Below are positions 45,851 to 56,459 of a stretch of 64,000 nucleotides of DNA, piece after piece (within the stretch, counting starts at the first letter, position 1; each line of letters opens with the position of its first letter). Origin of the DNA: Candidatus Woesebacteria bacterium (GTDB lineage: Bacteria; Patescibacteriota; Microgenomatia; UBA8517). The stretch lies in contig CP066686.1 in NCBI GenBank assembly GCA_016432365.1, positions 355 through 64,354 of the forward strand. The letters run 5' to 3'. A program made the translations under genes and the position numbers. The notes under the pieces are model-generated. The model searched no databases. It was not told the origin of the DNA and saw only the letters and a program-made list of their open reading frames with translations.

Positions 45851-46981
45851 ATGGACACCAGTAAAGTGTTTGATTACCACACCAAACATAAAGGCAAAAT
45901 AAAAATTGAGGTTTCCTCGAACATCCAAAACAAAGAGGACCTCTCACTTGCCTATACCCCGGGTGTGGCTGAAGTCAGTAGAGCCATTGCTGAAAACCCC
46001 GAAAATGTTTTTAATTACACAATAAAGTCTCATACAGTTGCTGTTGTCTCCGACGGGTCAGCAGTTTTGGGTCTTGGAAATATCGGGGCGGCAGCTGCAA
46101 TTCCCGTAATGGAAGGCAAGGCGGCACTCTTTAAAACATTCGCCGGACTTGATGCATTCCCAATCTGTCTTAATACCCAAGACTCAAAAGAAATTATAAA
46201 TATTGTTAAAAATATATCCCCCGTTTTTGGTGGTATTAATTTGGAAGATATATCAGCCCCCAGGTGCTTTGAAATCGAAGAGGCTTTACAAGACTTAGGA
46301 ATTCCGGTTATGCACGACGATCAACACGGAACGGCGGTCGTGGTTCTGGCGGGGCTCATCAACGCAGCCAAGGTTGTTGGAAAAAAATTGGAAAATTTAA
46401 CGGTTGTGGTCAACGGGGCCGGGGCTGCAGGCAATGCGATTTCAAGATTGCTGTCCGAGAAAGTAAAAAATATAATAGTTGTAGATAGCCGGGGAATAGT
46501 TTCTGAAAGCAGGACAGACCTTGACCCTTACAAAAAATTATTACTTAAAGTTACAAATAAAAATAACTTATCGGGAAGTTTAAAAGACGCGATGAAAAAC
46601 TCCGATGTTTTTGTTGGTGTTTCAAAAGCAAATTTACTGACCAGTGACGACATCAAATTAATGAATAAGGGCGCGATTGTCTTTGCCATGGCAAACCCTA
46701 TTCCGGAAATAATGCCGGAAGAAGCAAAAAAAGGCGGGGCCATTGTGGTTGCAACCGGCAGAAGCGACATGCCGAACCAAGTAAATAATTCTCTGGCCTT
46801 CCCGGGAATTTTCAAGGGGGCTTTGGAGATTCGCGCAAAAAAAATTACTAAAGAGATGAAAATTGCTGCAGCTGTTGCGTTAGCGGGGCTCGTCAAAAAC
46901 CCGACGACGGAGAAAATTGTTCCTGGTCCATTTGACACTGGAGTTGCCAATACTGTCTGTGAAGCAGTCAAGAACGTATAA
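45851..46981 (+). CDS. NAD(P)-dependent malic enzyme (short type)
   Basis: AYTPGVA, MEGK, LEDI, HDDQHGT, GAGAAG, ANPIPEI. Confidence 0.95.
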   Translation: MDTSKVFDYHTKHKGKIKIEVSSNIQNKEDLSLAYTPGVAEVSRAIAENPENVFNYTIKSHTVAVVSDGSAVLGLGNIGAAAAIPVMEGKAALFKTFAGLDAFPICLNTQDSKEIINIVKNISPVFGGINLEDISAPRCFEIEEALQDLGIPVMHDDQHGTAVVVLAGLINAAKVVGKKLENLTVVVNGAGAAGNAISRLLSEKVKNIIVVDSRGIVSESRTDLDPYKKLLLKVTNKNNLSGSLKDAMKNSDVFVGVSKANLLTSDDIKLMNKGAIVFAMANPIPEIMPEEAKKGGAIVVATGRSDMPNQVNNSLAFPGIFKGALEIRAKKITKEMKIAAAVALAGLVKNPTTEKIVPGPFDTGVANTVCEAVKNV

Positions 46982-46985
46982 CAAC

Positions 46986-47480
46986 ATGGATGAAAACAAC
47001 GCTACAGGCGAACGATGGGGCAGAATCGTCGAAGAGGGTCCGGACAAAAGACCAATTCAAGAGTTGGCGCTAGACACTGAATTTGCATTCCCAAACAACA
47101 AAAACGGAACTGTTTATATCTTTGGTCGTTCCCCGGGTTCTGATGATCCCAAATTCAAACAATATCAAAATGAAAGTCTGGTAATACTAACTCCAAATGA
47201 TAGAAAAATGAGCAGAAAAGCTTGCGGGTTAATGCTCTGGCCGGACGGGGGTATAACAATTGTAAATCCAACAAACAGAAATCTTGGGTTCGGACTCAAC
47301 GAAAGAGATACGAGAAGAAGTGTAAAGCCGTATAAATCCTTATATCTTCCTAAAGGAACAGATTTAAGAAATCTTCGAATCGATGTCGGCAACTATGAAA
47401 TTCATGCAAAAAAAGTCAGTGGTAATAGTGACCATTTGGAATCTGTTTCATTCACAAAAAAGGTGACCAAACCTAGATAA
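46986..47480 (+). CDS. hypothetical protein, FHA-like
   Basis: IFGRS ... MSRKA beta-rich pattern. Confidence 0.5.
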   Translation: MDENNATGERWGRIVEEGPDKRPIQELALDTEFAFPNNKNGTVYIFGRSPGSDDPKFKQYQNESLVILTPNDRKMSRKACGLMLWPDGGITIVNPTNRNLGFGLNERDTRRSVKPYKSLYLPKGTDLRNLRIDVGNYEIHAKKVSGNSDHLESVSFTKKVTKPR

Positions 47481-48006
47481 ATAAACCCATCAGTAGAACC
47501 AATCCCAACATCACCACCCAATAGGTTTTAGACTGGATTAGATCAAGTTTGATCGGTGAAAGTTTGAGCCAATTATCAAGATTCCCCGTTTCGGTTAAAT
47601 CAACTATCTGGTCCACCACCAAATGCATCGCAAAAGAAAGAGCAAGTCCCTTCCCAAAAATGGAGCCCGATGATGTCACCATCCAAAAAGTAAGAACAAG
47701 AAATATAAGTTGGAAAAGGACGGTGTGGAAAATGAGTCCCCTTCTCTCACTTCTGGTTTCGTAAAGAACTTCAACTGCCCGCCATGTTTCTTTCTTACCT
47801 AATAAGAAAGCAAAACGTTGGGAAGTAAACTCCTCCGGCCTTAATAGTAAAACATAGAGTATGTGATCAATGTCCGGCAAAAACATTCCGACAACTCCAC
47901 CTAGCCAAATTGGCCAATAAAGAAAATCAAAATAATGCCGGGCTATCGTCACAAAAATAAAGAAGGAAAACCAGAAAGAAAAATGGATAAAAAGTTCACG
48001 GCGCAT
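47473..48006 (-). CDS. membrane-bound metal-dependent hydrolase (YdjM-like)
   Basis: LPDIDH, FHT, HLVVD. Confidence 0.75.
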   Translation of the reverse strand: MRRELFIHFSFWFSFFIFVTIARHYFDFLYWPIWLGGVVGMFLPDIDHILYVLLLRPEEFTSQRFAFLLGKKETWRAVEVLYETRSERRGLIFHTVLFQLIFLVLTFWMVTSSGSIFGKGLALSFAMHLVVDQIVDLTETGNLDNWLKLSPIKLDLIQSKTYWVVMLGLVLLMGLFI

Positions 48007-48014
48007 ACCAATAA

Positions 48015-48344
48015 TTATTGTAGCATGGAGCGGGACAGATCTACATGATCCTCATCGATAAATTTGACCTCCTCACTTAAGAGTCTGCTCTTTTGCTCGT
48101 TTGGGCCACCAAAGGTATAGCCGGGTGCTAACCGCCCATCCTTGTTGACCACACGATGACAGGGAACATCTGATGAATTTTTGTTGGCATGCAACGCCTG
48201 CCCCACTCTTCTTGCGTCACGTGTCCCAATTGCATCTGCAATTTGACCGTATGTCATAACACGCCCGGCAGGAATTTTTCTTACAACTTGATATACCCGT
48301 TCAAAAAAGTTGTCACCTTTAGTCTGTATTTTTAACTTTTGCAT
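48015..48344 (-). CDS. MGMT-family DNA alkyltransferase (short form)
   Basis: IPAGRVMTYGQIA, PCHRV. Confidence 0.9.
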   Translation of the reverse strand: MQKLKIQTKGDNFFERVYQVVRKIPAGRVMTYGQIADAIGTRDARRVGQALHANKNSSDVPCHRVVNKDGRLAPGYTFGGPNEQKSRLLSEEVKFIDEDHVDLSRSMLQ

Positions 48345-48348
48345 AATT

Positions 48349-48642
48349 TCATGGCCGTTGGCCGTGATTTTTAAGTTCTTTCAATTTCCACATGAAGAGC
48401 CTTCCTTTACTCCTAGCATTTGTAGCATCTTTTACAAAAGATCTTGCCGCCTCCATTAATCCCCTTGGATTATTTTTTGCAAGACGCATATACAGGGATT
48501 TATGTTCAAGGTCATTTAATTCAACAGCTAAATCGTAGGCATAAAGTTGAAATTCACGAGAGACTGTCTTGTTTTTGTCATCAAGTTTATATTTGCCCAA
48601 TATATCCCCTACTGAAGTTAAAGATTTTTTAGTTGGTGACAT
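48349..48642 (-). CDS. hypothetical protein
   Basis: 97 aa ORF overlapping the pth end. Confidence 0.7.
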   Translation of the reverse strand: MSPTKKSLTSVGDILGKYKLDDKNKTVSREFQLYAYDLAVELNDLEHKSLYMRLAKNNPRGLMEAARSFVKDATNARSKGRLFMWKLKELKNHGQRP

Positions 48643-49109
48643 ACCTCTTTAATAACTTTATCTAAAATAATACGTTCTTCATTTGTAAAATTCTGAAGTA
48701 CATACTCGATGCCCAATGGTTTATTGTCCAACGGCCTATTATCAACCCCCACTTTTACATGCCAGTATTGATCCGTTCCCAATGCCTCGTCGATCGATCT
48801 AATGCCGTTGTGGTCTTTGGGACCATGACCTAATTGTATTTTGTATTCTCCAAGTTTGATATCCAGATCGTCGTGAACAATATACAAATCAGTAGTTGGT
48901 AGATTGTAGTTAGAAGATAGCTTCTTTACAAAGATTCCAGATTCGTTCATAAATTTATCTGACTTGGCTATTTTGAATTGTTTCCCACTTGCTACAAGCT
49001 TCTTGCTACCTGCTACTTTTTGAAGTTCATCAGCCACCATAAACCCCACATTGTGGCGAGTATTTATATATTCGGCTCCGGGGTTTCCTAGTCCAATGAT
49101 GAGTTTCAT
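48618..49109 (-). CDS. pth: peptidyl-tRNA hydrolase
   Basis: GLGNPG, TRHNVG, FMNESG, HDDLD, HNG. Confidence 0.95.
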   Translation of the reverse strand: MKLIIGLGNPGAEYINTRHNVGFMVADELQKVAGSKKLVASGKQFKIAKSDKFMNESGIFVKKLSSNYNLPTTDLYIVHDDLDIKLGEYKIQLGHGPKDHNGIRSIDEALGTDQYWHVKVGVDNRPLDNKPLGIEYVLQNFTNEERIILDKVIKEVCHQLKNL

Positions 49110-49159
49110 ATCAGTAGATATACCAAATTTCTTAATTTGCTATTTTTTGATTTTAACAC

Positions 49160-49188
49160 AAAACATCCCCGGTCTCCCGAGGATGTTT
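49160..49188 (-). terminator. intrinsic terminator
   Basis: AAACATCC...GGATGTTT hairpin. Confidence 0.65.
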
Positions 49189-49216
49189 CTTTTAAATTCT
49201 GGATCCAGAATTTAAA

Positions 49217-49552
49217 TCACGCCTTCTTCATTAAATTTCCTGCAAGCTTTCCAATAAATGGAACTTCCCATTTATCTCCTTGCCATGCTTTGTAAGTCAT
49301 AACCAACCAAAGCACCACTCCCAATATAAAAACCAATGGAGTAAGGAATATTAAGAATATTGTAAGTACCAAAACCCAGTTAAGTATAAATAGGGCCAAG
49401 TAAACCACTATTGATTGAAATGCCCAAAACTTAACAAATTCATCTTTTTCCAAAAGAATAAAAAGTACGGGGACAACCAACGTAGGTCCCAAAAGCGTAC
49501 AAAGTGCTGCTGCTGTCTCTTTTTTAAGTCCCGTTCCTGATGTAGTCGCCAT
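49217..49552 (-). CDS. DUF4870-like membrane protein
   Basis: FVKFWAFQS, KAWQG..VPFIG. Confidence 0.75.
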   Translation of the reverse strand: MATTSGTGLKKETAAALCTLLGPTLVVPVLFILLEKDEFVKFWAFQSIVVYLALFILNWVLVLTIFLIFLTPLVFILGVVLWLVMTYKAWQGDKWEVPFIGKLAGNLMKKA

Positions 49553-49624
49553 AAATAATCACCTTCTTTCCTACCATATTCATCTTTTCACAAAACCTGG
49601 CACGGGGTCAATATGCAAGTGATT

Positions 49625-49999
49625 TTATTCTGTGGGACCAGACAGTTCAGCCAGGGCCAATCCAAAAACGTATTTGCGGATGTGCCCCAATCTTCTCTGA
49701 AAAGCTTCAGGTCCGTCAATGCCGTAAGAAAATGCCACCTGGGCCGCAAAACGTAAGTACCTCTCCCTTGTATCGTATTCGCCTGTATATTTCTCTCTTG
49801 AGGCATTGTTTATATCTATGGTCATGTCTATAAGTACGTCCTTACCGCGCTCGGCTGAATTTAGAAGTGCTACCTGAACATCAGCGGGAATTAAACGGTT
49901 TTGGGAGGCTAAATAAATCGCCTGTATTTGGCACTCTCTTGGAGTTTCTGTATCACTTTTTACCGGCCGTTCGTACAAATAATCTCTTTCCTCATTCAT
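49625..49999 (-). CDS. hypothetical protein
   Basis: 124 aa ORF. Confidence 0.6.
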   Translation of the reverse strand: MNEERDYLYERPVKSDTETPRECQIQAIYLASQNRLIPADVQVALLNSAERGKDVLIDMTIDINNASREKYTGEYDTRERYLRFAAQVAFSYGIDGPEAFQRRLGHIRKYVFGLALAELSGPTE

Positions 50000-50031
50000 T
50001 TGCGCGATAATACCAATAAATGTCAGTTAAA

Positions 50032-51417
50032 TCAAATATATTGCAGAATTGTTCTGACAGTAAAATACCCAAAAAACAAAAACGAAAAAATCATAACTAA
50101 AATTCTTGGCAGTGACGTTCGTACCTCCCTCTCCAGACTTGTTAGGTTTAGATACAAGGTAGCGCCAATGTGAATAAACATCGCCCCTGCATTAATCACC
50201 GCTTCAAGAGTTAGAAGCAAAAAAGGCTCCCTGAAACTCGTTAGAAAAATTAAAATTCCAAAAGCTATCTGCGCCCACAGAAACGAGTAATAAATCGCAG
50301 GAAGTTTCCTTGTTTCCCATTTGTGTTTGTTCAAGATCAAAAGATTTTCAGACATAATCCTGCTGGTTGCGTCCATCACAGTCATTTGGGTTGAAAACAA
50401 CATTATTCCTCCAATTATGAGAAATAGCATCCCGACTAGTGGGATAGATGACCGGGCGATTGAGGCAGCTTCGTAAATAATAAAATCAAAGCCCGATCCT
50501 GGAGTAATGCTTCCAAAAACTGTCGAATAAGAAAGGAGGGCCAATAGACTTATTGTGAACGCTCCGGTTGCCAAAAAAACCACAAAGTGTTCCTTATTAA
50601 TTAAATCCCACCATCTTTCAAATTTTCTCAGGTTATCTTTACTCATTTCAAATCTGGTTCCCTCCAGTTTGATGTTTTCCACCTCTCCGGTAAGGATACT
50701 TGTGATGCGCCCCCCAAACTTTCCCATACCATACCCCTTTTCTTTTATATAAAAAGATTGTGCCAAGTTGAGATTCCCTCCCGCTCCGGAAAAGGCAAAT
50801 GCGGCCAAAAATGAAGCAATAGGAATACCCGCGGGTAAAAAATTATACCCTTCTCCAATACCAACTACCCCCCTGAACAAACTGGCCCAATCGTTCGTCC
50901 CTGTCAAATAAGCAGTCAGAATAAAAATTGCAGGCACTCCAAGGCCAATAAGTATTATTGAAAACCTTTCCATTGTTTTGTATAAGACCGGACCCAAAGT
51001 CAGAATTAAACCCATTAAAATCAACATTCCAATTGCAATAAAATGTGTTTGAGTTATCCCAAATGCAGCCCCGATCATTTTTGCCGATACTGCTGCAATT
51101 CCTGGCCACACAAACCCAGCGAGGGTGGAAAAAATAAACCAAATTGGGGCATATTTGAACTTCCTGGTAAATCCTACAAAAATACTTTCACCGCGGACTA
51201 AAGAATACCTTTCTATTTCCATGTTGATAAAGAATTGGAGTGTGATTCCAAGTATTGCGGCCCAAATTATTCCCATTCCGAAGTTTGCAGTAAGATAAGG
51301 CCAAAGAATCAGCTCTCCACTACCCAATCCAAGTCCTAAAAGAATGAAGGATGGGCCAAGAAGTTTTTTGAAAGCAGGTGCCTCGGGCATCTCGTTAATT
51401 TCGTGTTCGGAAAGCAT
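50032..51417 (-). CDS. Nramp-related membrane transporter
   Basis: GPSFILLGLGLGSGELILWP, about 11 TM helices. Confidence 0.8.
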   Translation of the reverse strand: MLSEHEINEMPEAPAFKKLLGPSFILLGLGLGSGELILWPYLTANFGMGIIWAAILGITLQFFINMEIERYSLVRGESIFVGFTRKFKYAPIWFIFSTLAGFVWPGIAAVSAKMIGAAFGITQTHFIAIGMLILMGLILTLGPVLYKTMERFSIILIGLGVPAIFILTAYLTGTNDWASLFRGVVGIGEGYNFLPAGIPIASFLAAFAFSGAGGNLNLAQSFYIKEKGYGMGKFGGRITSILTGEVENIKLEGTRFEMSKDNLRKFERWWDLINKEHFVVFLATGAFTISLLALLSYSTVFGSITPGSGFDFIIYEAASIARSSIPLVGMLFLIIGGIMLFSTQMTVMDATSRIMSENLLILNKHKWETRKLPAIYYSFLWAQIAFGILIFLTSFREPFLLLTLEAVINAGAMFIHIGATLYLNLTSLEREVRTSLPRILVMIFSFLFFGYFTVRTILQYI

Positions 51418-51437
51418 TAAACAATGCTAACAAAAAA

Positions 51438-53138
51438 CTAACCCTTCTGCATCCTGAACATCTCCCGGAGTTCTTTGAGGGTAGTTGCCTGGTCCGGACC
51501 TTTGTCATCTCTAAAATTAACAAGTCGTGGGAACCGAAGGGCTAAGCCCGAAGTGTGCTTTGGGCTTTTGGTGATCTCATCCGCCGCAAGCTCAACAACC
51601 ACTTTCGGGGTTACCCAAAAATCCGGGAAAAGATCTTTTGCTACTTCATATTCTTTTGGCTGTTCCCTTGTTTTTAAATCCTTGAGTTTTATATTAAGTT
51701 CTCTGAATTGTTCATCTGTAAGTCCCGTACCAACTTTAGTTACGGTCTTAATAACTTCTCCGTCTTTGACACCAACCAAAAATTGACCTATTCCGAAACC
51801 GGATCTTTTCCCCTTCCCTACTGAATAACCCATTACAACACAGTCAACCGTATCCGACAGTCTTCCCGATTGACCTTCAACTTCCTTCATCTTTACCCAA
51901 TTCCATCCCGTCCTGCCGGAGACATACTTGCCATTAGCCCTCTTAACAACAACACCTTCAAGGCCCATTTTTAAATATTTTTCATGATATTTTTTAATTA
52001 CTTCGGGATCGGATGTTATAGTGCTCTCATCAACTCTGAGAAGTCCTCCATTAACAACGACCTTTTCCAACTCTTTTCGCCTGACAATATATGGCACATC
52101 GATAAAACTTTTTCCGTTGACGAGAAGTATATCGAACACCTGAAATTGGAGTGGAATTTCAGAAGCATTTTTTGCGATGTCGTGTTTGCGCCTTCGTTGA
52201 ATTGTTTTTTGGAAATCGAGAAACCCTTCGCGCTCAGGATCAAGGCCAATTGCCTCTGTATCAAGAATGGCTTCGTCTGCTTTAATATATCCACCGACTG
52301 AAAGAAGTTCAGGAAAGGTATTTATATCAATCGCATTCATATTTCTTGTAAAGATCTTGATGAAATTATTTTTTCGTTTGAAATGAATAAAAATTCGAAG
52401 GCCATCGAATTTTGGTTCAACCGAAACCTCTCCCATCTTTTTTATCATTTCGGTTGTAGAATTTAAACGCGCCGCAAGCATCGGGACCACAGGAACTCCA
52501 ACTTCAGGTTTTGTTTCTTTTAACTTATCGCTTTTTACTAACCGAGCGATATAACCAATATCGGGGCGGATATTGTAAGCATCCTCAATTTCTTTCGATG
52601 AAAACTTACCTAACGAAGAGAGGGCTTCGATTATGGTTTTTTCAGAAAAACCCAACCTTAATTTTCCGACCGGAATTCTGGCCAGATATCTCGCAGATAG
52701 CGGATCCACCTTTGCAAGAAGATCGGCCATCTTTTCAATCTTTCTATCCTGAGACCCTTCTCCGTTATCCTTGGCAATTTCTAAAAGTTTTTCGTAAACT
52801 TCTGTTACTGATAATTCATTGCCCGCTCTTCGCTTTTCACTTTTCGCAAATTCTTGTGCAACTGTTCCGATATCTCCCACTTTTTTATATAAAATATTTA
52901 CTTTTTCAGCTTCTTGATGGAACGCCAAAACAAGTGAGCGCATAACCATTTTTTCTGCAAGATTAAGAAGCACGCCATCATAGTTTGGAGCCAAAATCCC
53001 AAGCGATAAATATACGGTTTTTTGGATTTCGTTGGAATTCGTTTTCTTAAATACATCCACGAGAATCTTTGTTATTTCCAGCCTGGACGAGGTCTTTTCC
53101 AACTTCTCGAGGTAGACCGCAAGTTCTTTAAATCGCAT
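51438..53138 (-). CDS. lig: ATP-dependent DNA ligase
   Basis: EPKFDGLR motif I, EGVVVK, WVKMK, LRFPR, N-terminal DNA-binding domain. Confidence 0.95.
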   Translation of the reverse strand: MRFKELAVYLEKLEKTSSRLEITKILVDVFKKTNSNEIQKTVYLSLGILAPNYDGVLLNLAEKMVMRSLVLAFHQEAEKVNILYKKVGDIGTVAQEFAKSEKRRAGNELSVTEVYEKLLEIAKDNGEGSQDRKIEKMADLLAKVDPLSARYLARIPVGKLRLGFSEKTIIEALSSLGKFSSKEIEDAYNIRPDIGYIARLVKSDKLKETKPEVGVPVVPMLAARLNSTTEMIKKMGEVSVEPKFDGLRIFIHFKRKNNFIKIFTRNMNAIDINTFPELLSVGGYIKADEAILDTEAIGLDPEREGFLDFQKTIQRRRKHDIAKNASEIPLQFQVFDILLVNGKSFIDVPYIVRRKELEKVVVNGGLLRVDESTITSDPEVIKKYHEKYLKMGLEGVVVKRANGKYVSGRTGWNWVKMKEVEGQSGRLSDTVDCVVMGYSVGKGKRSGFGIGQFLVGVKDGEVIKTVTKVGTGLTDEQFRELNIKLKDLKTREQPKEYEVAKDLFPDFWVTPKVVVELAADEITKSPKHTSGLALRFPRLVNFRDDKGPDQATTLKELREMFRMQKG

Positions 53139-53198
53139 AGCGTATTATAGCATCAGCTTGTTGACATTTTCTTCCATTAAGAGTTAAACTCGCGACAC

Positions 53199-53495
53199 AT
53201 GACCGAAAGATTTAGATTAAAAGTGGGCGTAACTAGACAAAAAACTTGCCAGAGTTGTCCAATGTCTGAGTTACATTTTAAAAATAAAACGGACGAGGGT
53301 TCTACTATATACGATGCAGGAACGTTGGTTTGCAGAATCGCCGCTCTGGAAAGAAAACTCCAACGAGTTCCGATATATTCAGAGGTTGAAGACTCGCTGC
53401 GGGTTTTGGGTCGTTATCATTTTGAAATTCCAAACGATTGCCCCAATGAATATTTAAACTATTCGAATCTGCCTACCTCCAAAAGAAAAAAATAA
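53199..53495 (+). CDS. small Cys-containing hypothetical protein
   Basis: CQSC..C..CP; promoter TTGACA-..-TAAACT. Confidence 0.6.
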   Translation: MTERFRLKVGVTRQKTCQSCPMSELHFKNKTDEGSTIYDAGTLVCRIAALERKLQRVPIYSEVEDSLRVLGRYHFEIPNDCPNEYLNYSNLPTSKRKK

Positions 53496-53507
53496 ACAAC
53501 GACCAAT

Positions 53508-53720
53508 TTATATTCCTCTATGAGTTACCAAATAAGTTGAGAAGAACAGGTAGGCAAAAACAACTGCCCCCAAAAACATCAGCCCGAAAATTACCGAAAG
53601 AACTCCGCCACCCCATTCCTCATGAACAATCTTATTTAGCCCTTCACCCAAAAGAGTTAAACCGAATAAACTCGGTAATACCAAAATCATGTATAAGAAT
53701 TGAGGGTCGGATGTTGACAT
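53508..53720 (-). CDS. small two-TM membrane protein
   Basis: 70 aa hydrophobic ORF. Confidence 0.7.
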   Translation of the reverse strand: MSTSDPQFLYMILVLPSLFGLTLLGEGLNKIVHEEWGGGVLSVIFGLMFLGAVVFAYLFFSTYLVTHRGI

Positions 53721-53725
53721 AAAAT

Positions 53726-54790
53726 TTATTTGCTTGCTATCACATACTTACTCGCCTTTGTGCTACCAGTTTTCTTCAAGATCCCCTTTTCCAAGAGGTC
53801 TCTTAATTCTCTCAAAATTGTATCCTCGGAAACCATAGGTAAAACTTTTTTGAGCTCTCCCATCCCACCACTGCCCTGATCGGAAACATATTCGATAAGT
53901 CTCATCTGGCGCTCGGAGAGAGCTATCTGTTCACCGAATTTTACCTTCAGACGCGAGTCTACTGAAAGTTTCCTTACTTTATCTTTAACTTTAGCCAATT
54001 CGATTGCAACAACGCCGGTAAAATATTCCAGCCATGGAGAAATGTCACGGTTTCCAAGATTTGGAGATTGTCTATCAACAACCGAGATTGCTTCGTAATA
54101 AGCAGCCGGATCCTGATCAAAATGTTCTTCCAGTGAAAAAAACTTTTTAATATTGTAATTTTCCCTAATAAGTATAAGTGTTGAAAACGCACGCACAGTT
54201 CTTCCGTTACCCTCCACAAAAGGGTGAATCGCAACCAATATATAGTGAGCTATGCCCGCACGAAGGATTGGATGTATTTCTTTTCCGGCATCATCATTTA
54301 ACCATTCAAAAAAATCTTCAACAAGATATGGAACTTCGTTAGCCGGAGGCGGAGAAAAAATAACTCTCCCAGTACCTTCTTCTTTAATTACCACTTCTGT
54401 AGTTCTAAAAACTCCAATTTTATCCGGCACAATGATTCTGTCCACGGTCGACTTATGAATATCTTTAAGCATATCGGGGTCGTACCCCCCGCGCTTCACA
54501 GCCAGTTCATCGAGCAGTTGAGTTACATTCCGATAATTCACAACCTCCTGTATATCACGTGCCCGGGCATAAACTTCTTCACCCTCAAGAATTCTTTTTG
54601 TTTGATAAAGAGTTAAATCATTCCCTTCGATGTGTGTACCGTGGTGAATCGTCCGGATCATTGCATCTGACTGAAACTGCTTTTCGAATGAAGGCACCAG
54701 TGGGGCATTCTCAATTACTTCCTTGCTTGCCTCAATGGAACCAATGTTTTTGAGGATTTTATTGGAAATCAAATATTTAGGAGAATACAT
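53726..54790 (-). CDS. Fic-domain protein with C-terminal winged HTH
   Basis: HPFVEGNGRTVR, THIEGN inhibitory-type motif. Confidence 0.92.
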   Translation of the reverse strand: MYSPKYLISNKILKNIGSIEASKEVIENAPLVPSFEKQFQSDAMIRTIHHGTHIEGNDLTLYQTKRILEGEEVYARARDIQEVVNYRNVTQLLDELAVKRGGYDPDMLKDIHKSTVDRIIVPDKIGVFRTTEVVIKEEGTGRVIFSPPPANEVPYLVEDFFEWLNDDAGKEIHPILRAGIAHYILVAIHPFVEGNGRTVRAFSTLILIRENYNIKKFFSLEEHFDQDPAAYYEAISVVDRQSPNLGNRDISPWLEYFTGVVAIELAKVKDKVRKLSVDSRLKVKFGEQIALSERQMRLIEYVSDQGSGGMGELKKVLPMVSEDTILRELRDLLEKGILKKTGSTKASKYVIASK

Positions 54791-54828
54791 TAACTAAATA
54801 TACCGCAATACATGCGGGAAAAACAAGA

Positions 54829-55659
54829 TCATTTTTGTTCTTGAAGCCTGCCTAATACCTGGGGAACTTGTTGGGCCAAATCATCCGCATTAAAATTAGT
54901 TCTTACTTTTCCGTACAATTCGTCCCCTGCGGTCTTGGTTATATATGATGCGCACGAAGCCGCAAGCGATGCTTCATTTTTGGCATATAGAGCAACTGTA
55001 AGCCCCGCTAAAGTATCCCCAGTTCCCCCCTTGGCCATTCCTGCGTTACCTCCAGCAACTTCAACACACTCTCCATTTGAGCAAACTTTATCGACAACTC
55101 CCTTTAGAACTATTGTGCAATTAAATTTTTTAGAGGCCTCAACCGGGTCAATATCACCAAAAAGCATTGAATACTCCCTCTTGTTAGGTGTTAATATTGC
55201 TCCCGTGGGTATCCAGTCTTTTTCCAACACTTGCAAAGACCCTGCATCAATCACCCATTTTTTGTCTTTATATTTTTCCAAAAAACCTTGGGTAACTTTT
55301 CTGGTATGTAGCCAAGCATCGTCCTGAACATTTTGTCCCTCCCGCCTATACCTCATAAAGCCGGGGCCCATTAAAATGGCATCCGACTTTTCGATATATT
55401 TATCAACATCTTCCCAAGGAACCCATATAAACGAAAATAGTTTTGACTTAATATTGTTGGCCACCTCTCCCACTGACGTGTCAGGAGAGGAAAAATAAAC
55501 CATATCAACTATTTTTGAAGCAACTGTTAATGACAAAAGCGGTGCGCCATGGAAAAGTTCAGAACCTCCGATAATTGTAATCTGTCCGTTTTTTGATTCC
55601 CCCTCAGGTCTAAACAGCTTGCCAACTTCCGCCGGATTGAATAATGGTGCCCTTTCCAT
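54829..55659 (-). CDS. nnrD: ADP/ATP-dependent NAD(P)H-hydrate dehydratase
   Basis: IIGGS..FHGA, VIDA, LTPN, GGTGDTLAG. Confidence 0.9.
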   Translation of the reverse strand: MERAPLFNPAEVGKLFRPEGESKNGQITIIGGSELFHGAPLLSLTVASKIVDMVYFSSPDTSVGEVANNIKSKLFSFIWVPWEDVDKYIEKSDAILMGPGFMRYRREGQNVQDDAWLHTRKVTQGFLEKYKDKKWVIDAGSLQVLEKDWIPTGAILTPNKREYSMLFGDIDPVEASKKFNCTIVLKGVVDKVCSNGECVEVAGGNAGMAKGGTGDTLAGLTVALYAKNEASLAASCASYITKTAGDELYGKVRTNFNADDLAQQVPQVLGRLQEQK

Positions 55660-55719
55660 GATTGTATTATACAGGAAGAGGATCTGAAATTTGATATACT
55701 ACACCCACTGAATCAGAAT

Positions 55720-56163
55720 ATGACAACGGTTGAATTTGATGGAATTATGGCTCCATATGAATTTGAAGATCGCGGCCATCTCTTCATGGCAGAAGTAATC
55801 GAACTTTCGAAAAATTTTCCCAAACTTTTTGTGGAAGCAGAAAATAAAACAATCTCAGATTTAGAAGCAAATTCTTGGGCCATAGAAAAAAGCGCCACAT
55901 TGAAAAAGGGAAAACTAAACCAACGCGCCTTTTTGCGGGGATATGAAATGGACATCAAATCAGCCGATGAAACCGTCATAATTGTCACTATTCATGGCAC
56001 TCTAAAAAAACACATTAGAACTTTTATTGACGAAGCGGACAAAATAGCAAAAGCATTCAGGGGTGTAAAAATGAAAGACAACGATTCTTCCATCCCCGAT
56101 ATCCCCGAAGACGAATTCAGATATTTTACCTACGTAACTTATATTTTCAGTGAAGCTTCTTAA
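55720..56163 (+). CDS. hypothetical protein
   Basis: 147 aa ORF. Confidence 0.6.
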   Translation: MTTVEFDGIMAPYEFEDRGHLFMAEVIELSKNFPKLFVEAENKTISDLEANSWAIEKSATLKKGKLNQRAFLRGYEMDIKSADETVIIVTIHGTLKKHIRTFIDEADKIAKAFRGVKMKDNDSSIPDIPEDEFRYFTYVTYIFSEAS

Positions 56164-56450
56164 TCGTCTTGGGCACCCCCTAAAGGAGGCCTGCCGTTTG
56201 CACTTGCCCTTTCCCAATCATCTGCCATCTTTTCGGGGTCGGCGTGACCAAACTGAGCAATTTGACGAGCTCTATCCAAAAGTTTTTCTCTTTCTTCTAA
56301 AGAGATTGTAACCGAAGCTCCCTTATTACTTTTAGCGCCTTTAAGTTGAGCCTTTAATAAAAGCGTTCGGTATTCATCACGGATCAAATCGCTGGCGTTG
56401 GCCAGATCCAACTCAAACGCTTTTTGTTCCGGTAACTTTTCTCTATCCAT
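56160..56450 (-). CDS. hypothetical protein
   Basis: 96 aa ORF downstream of recF. Confidence 0.55.
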   Translation of the reverse strand: MDREKLPEQKAFELDLANASDLIRDEYRTLLLKAQLKGAKSNKGASVTISLEEREKLLDRARQIAQFGHADPEKMADDWERASANGRPPLGGAQDD

Positions 56451-56459
56451 ATTGTGATT

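Noticed and set aside
51438-53138. Archaeal/eukaryote-type ATP-dependent ligase as a novelty
   Set aside because: Such ligases are already known in many bacteria including CPR; no NHEJ Ku gene adjacent
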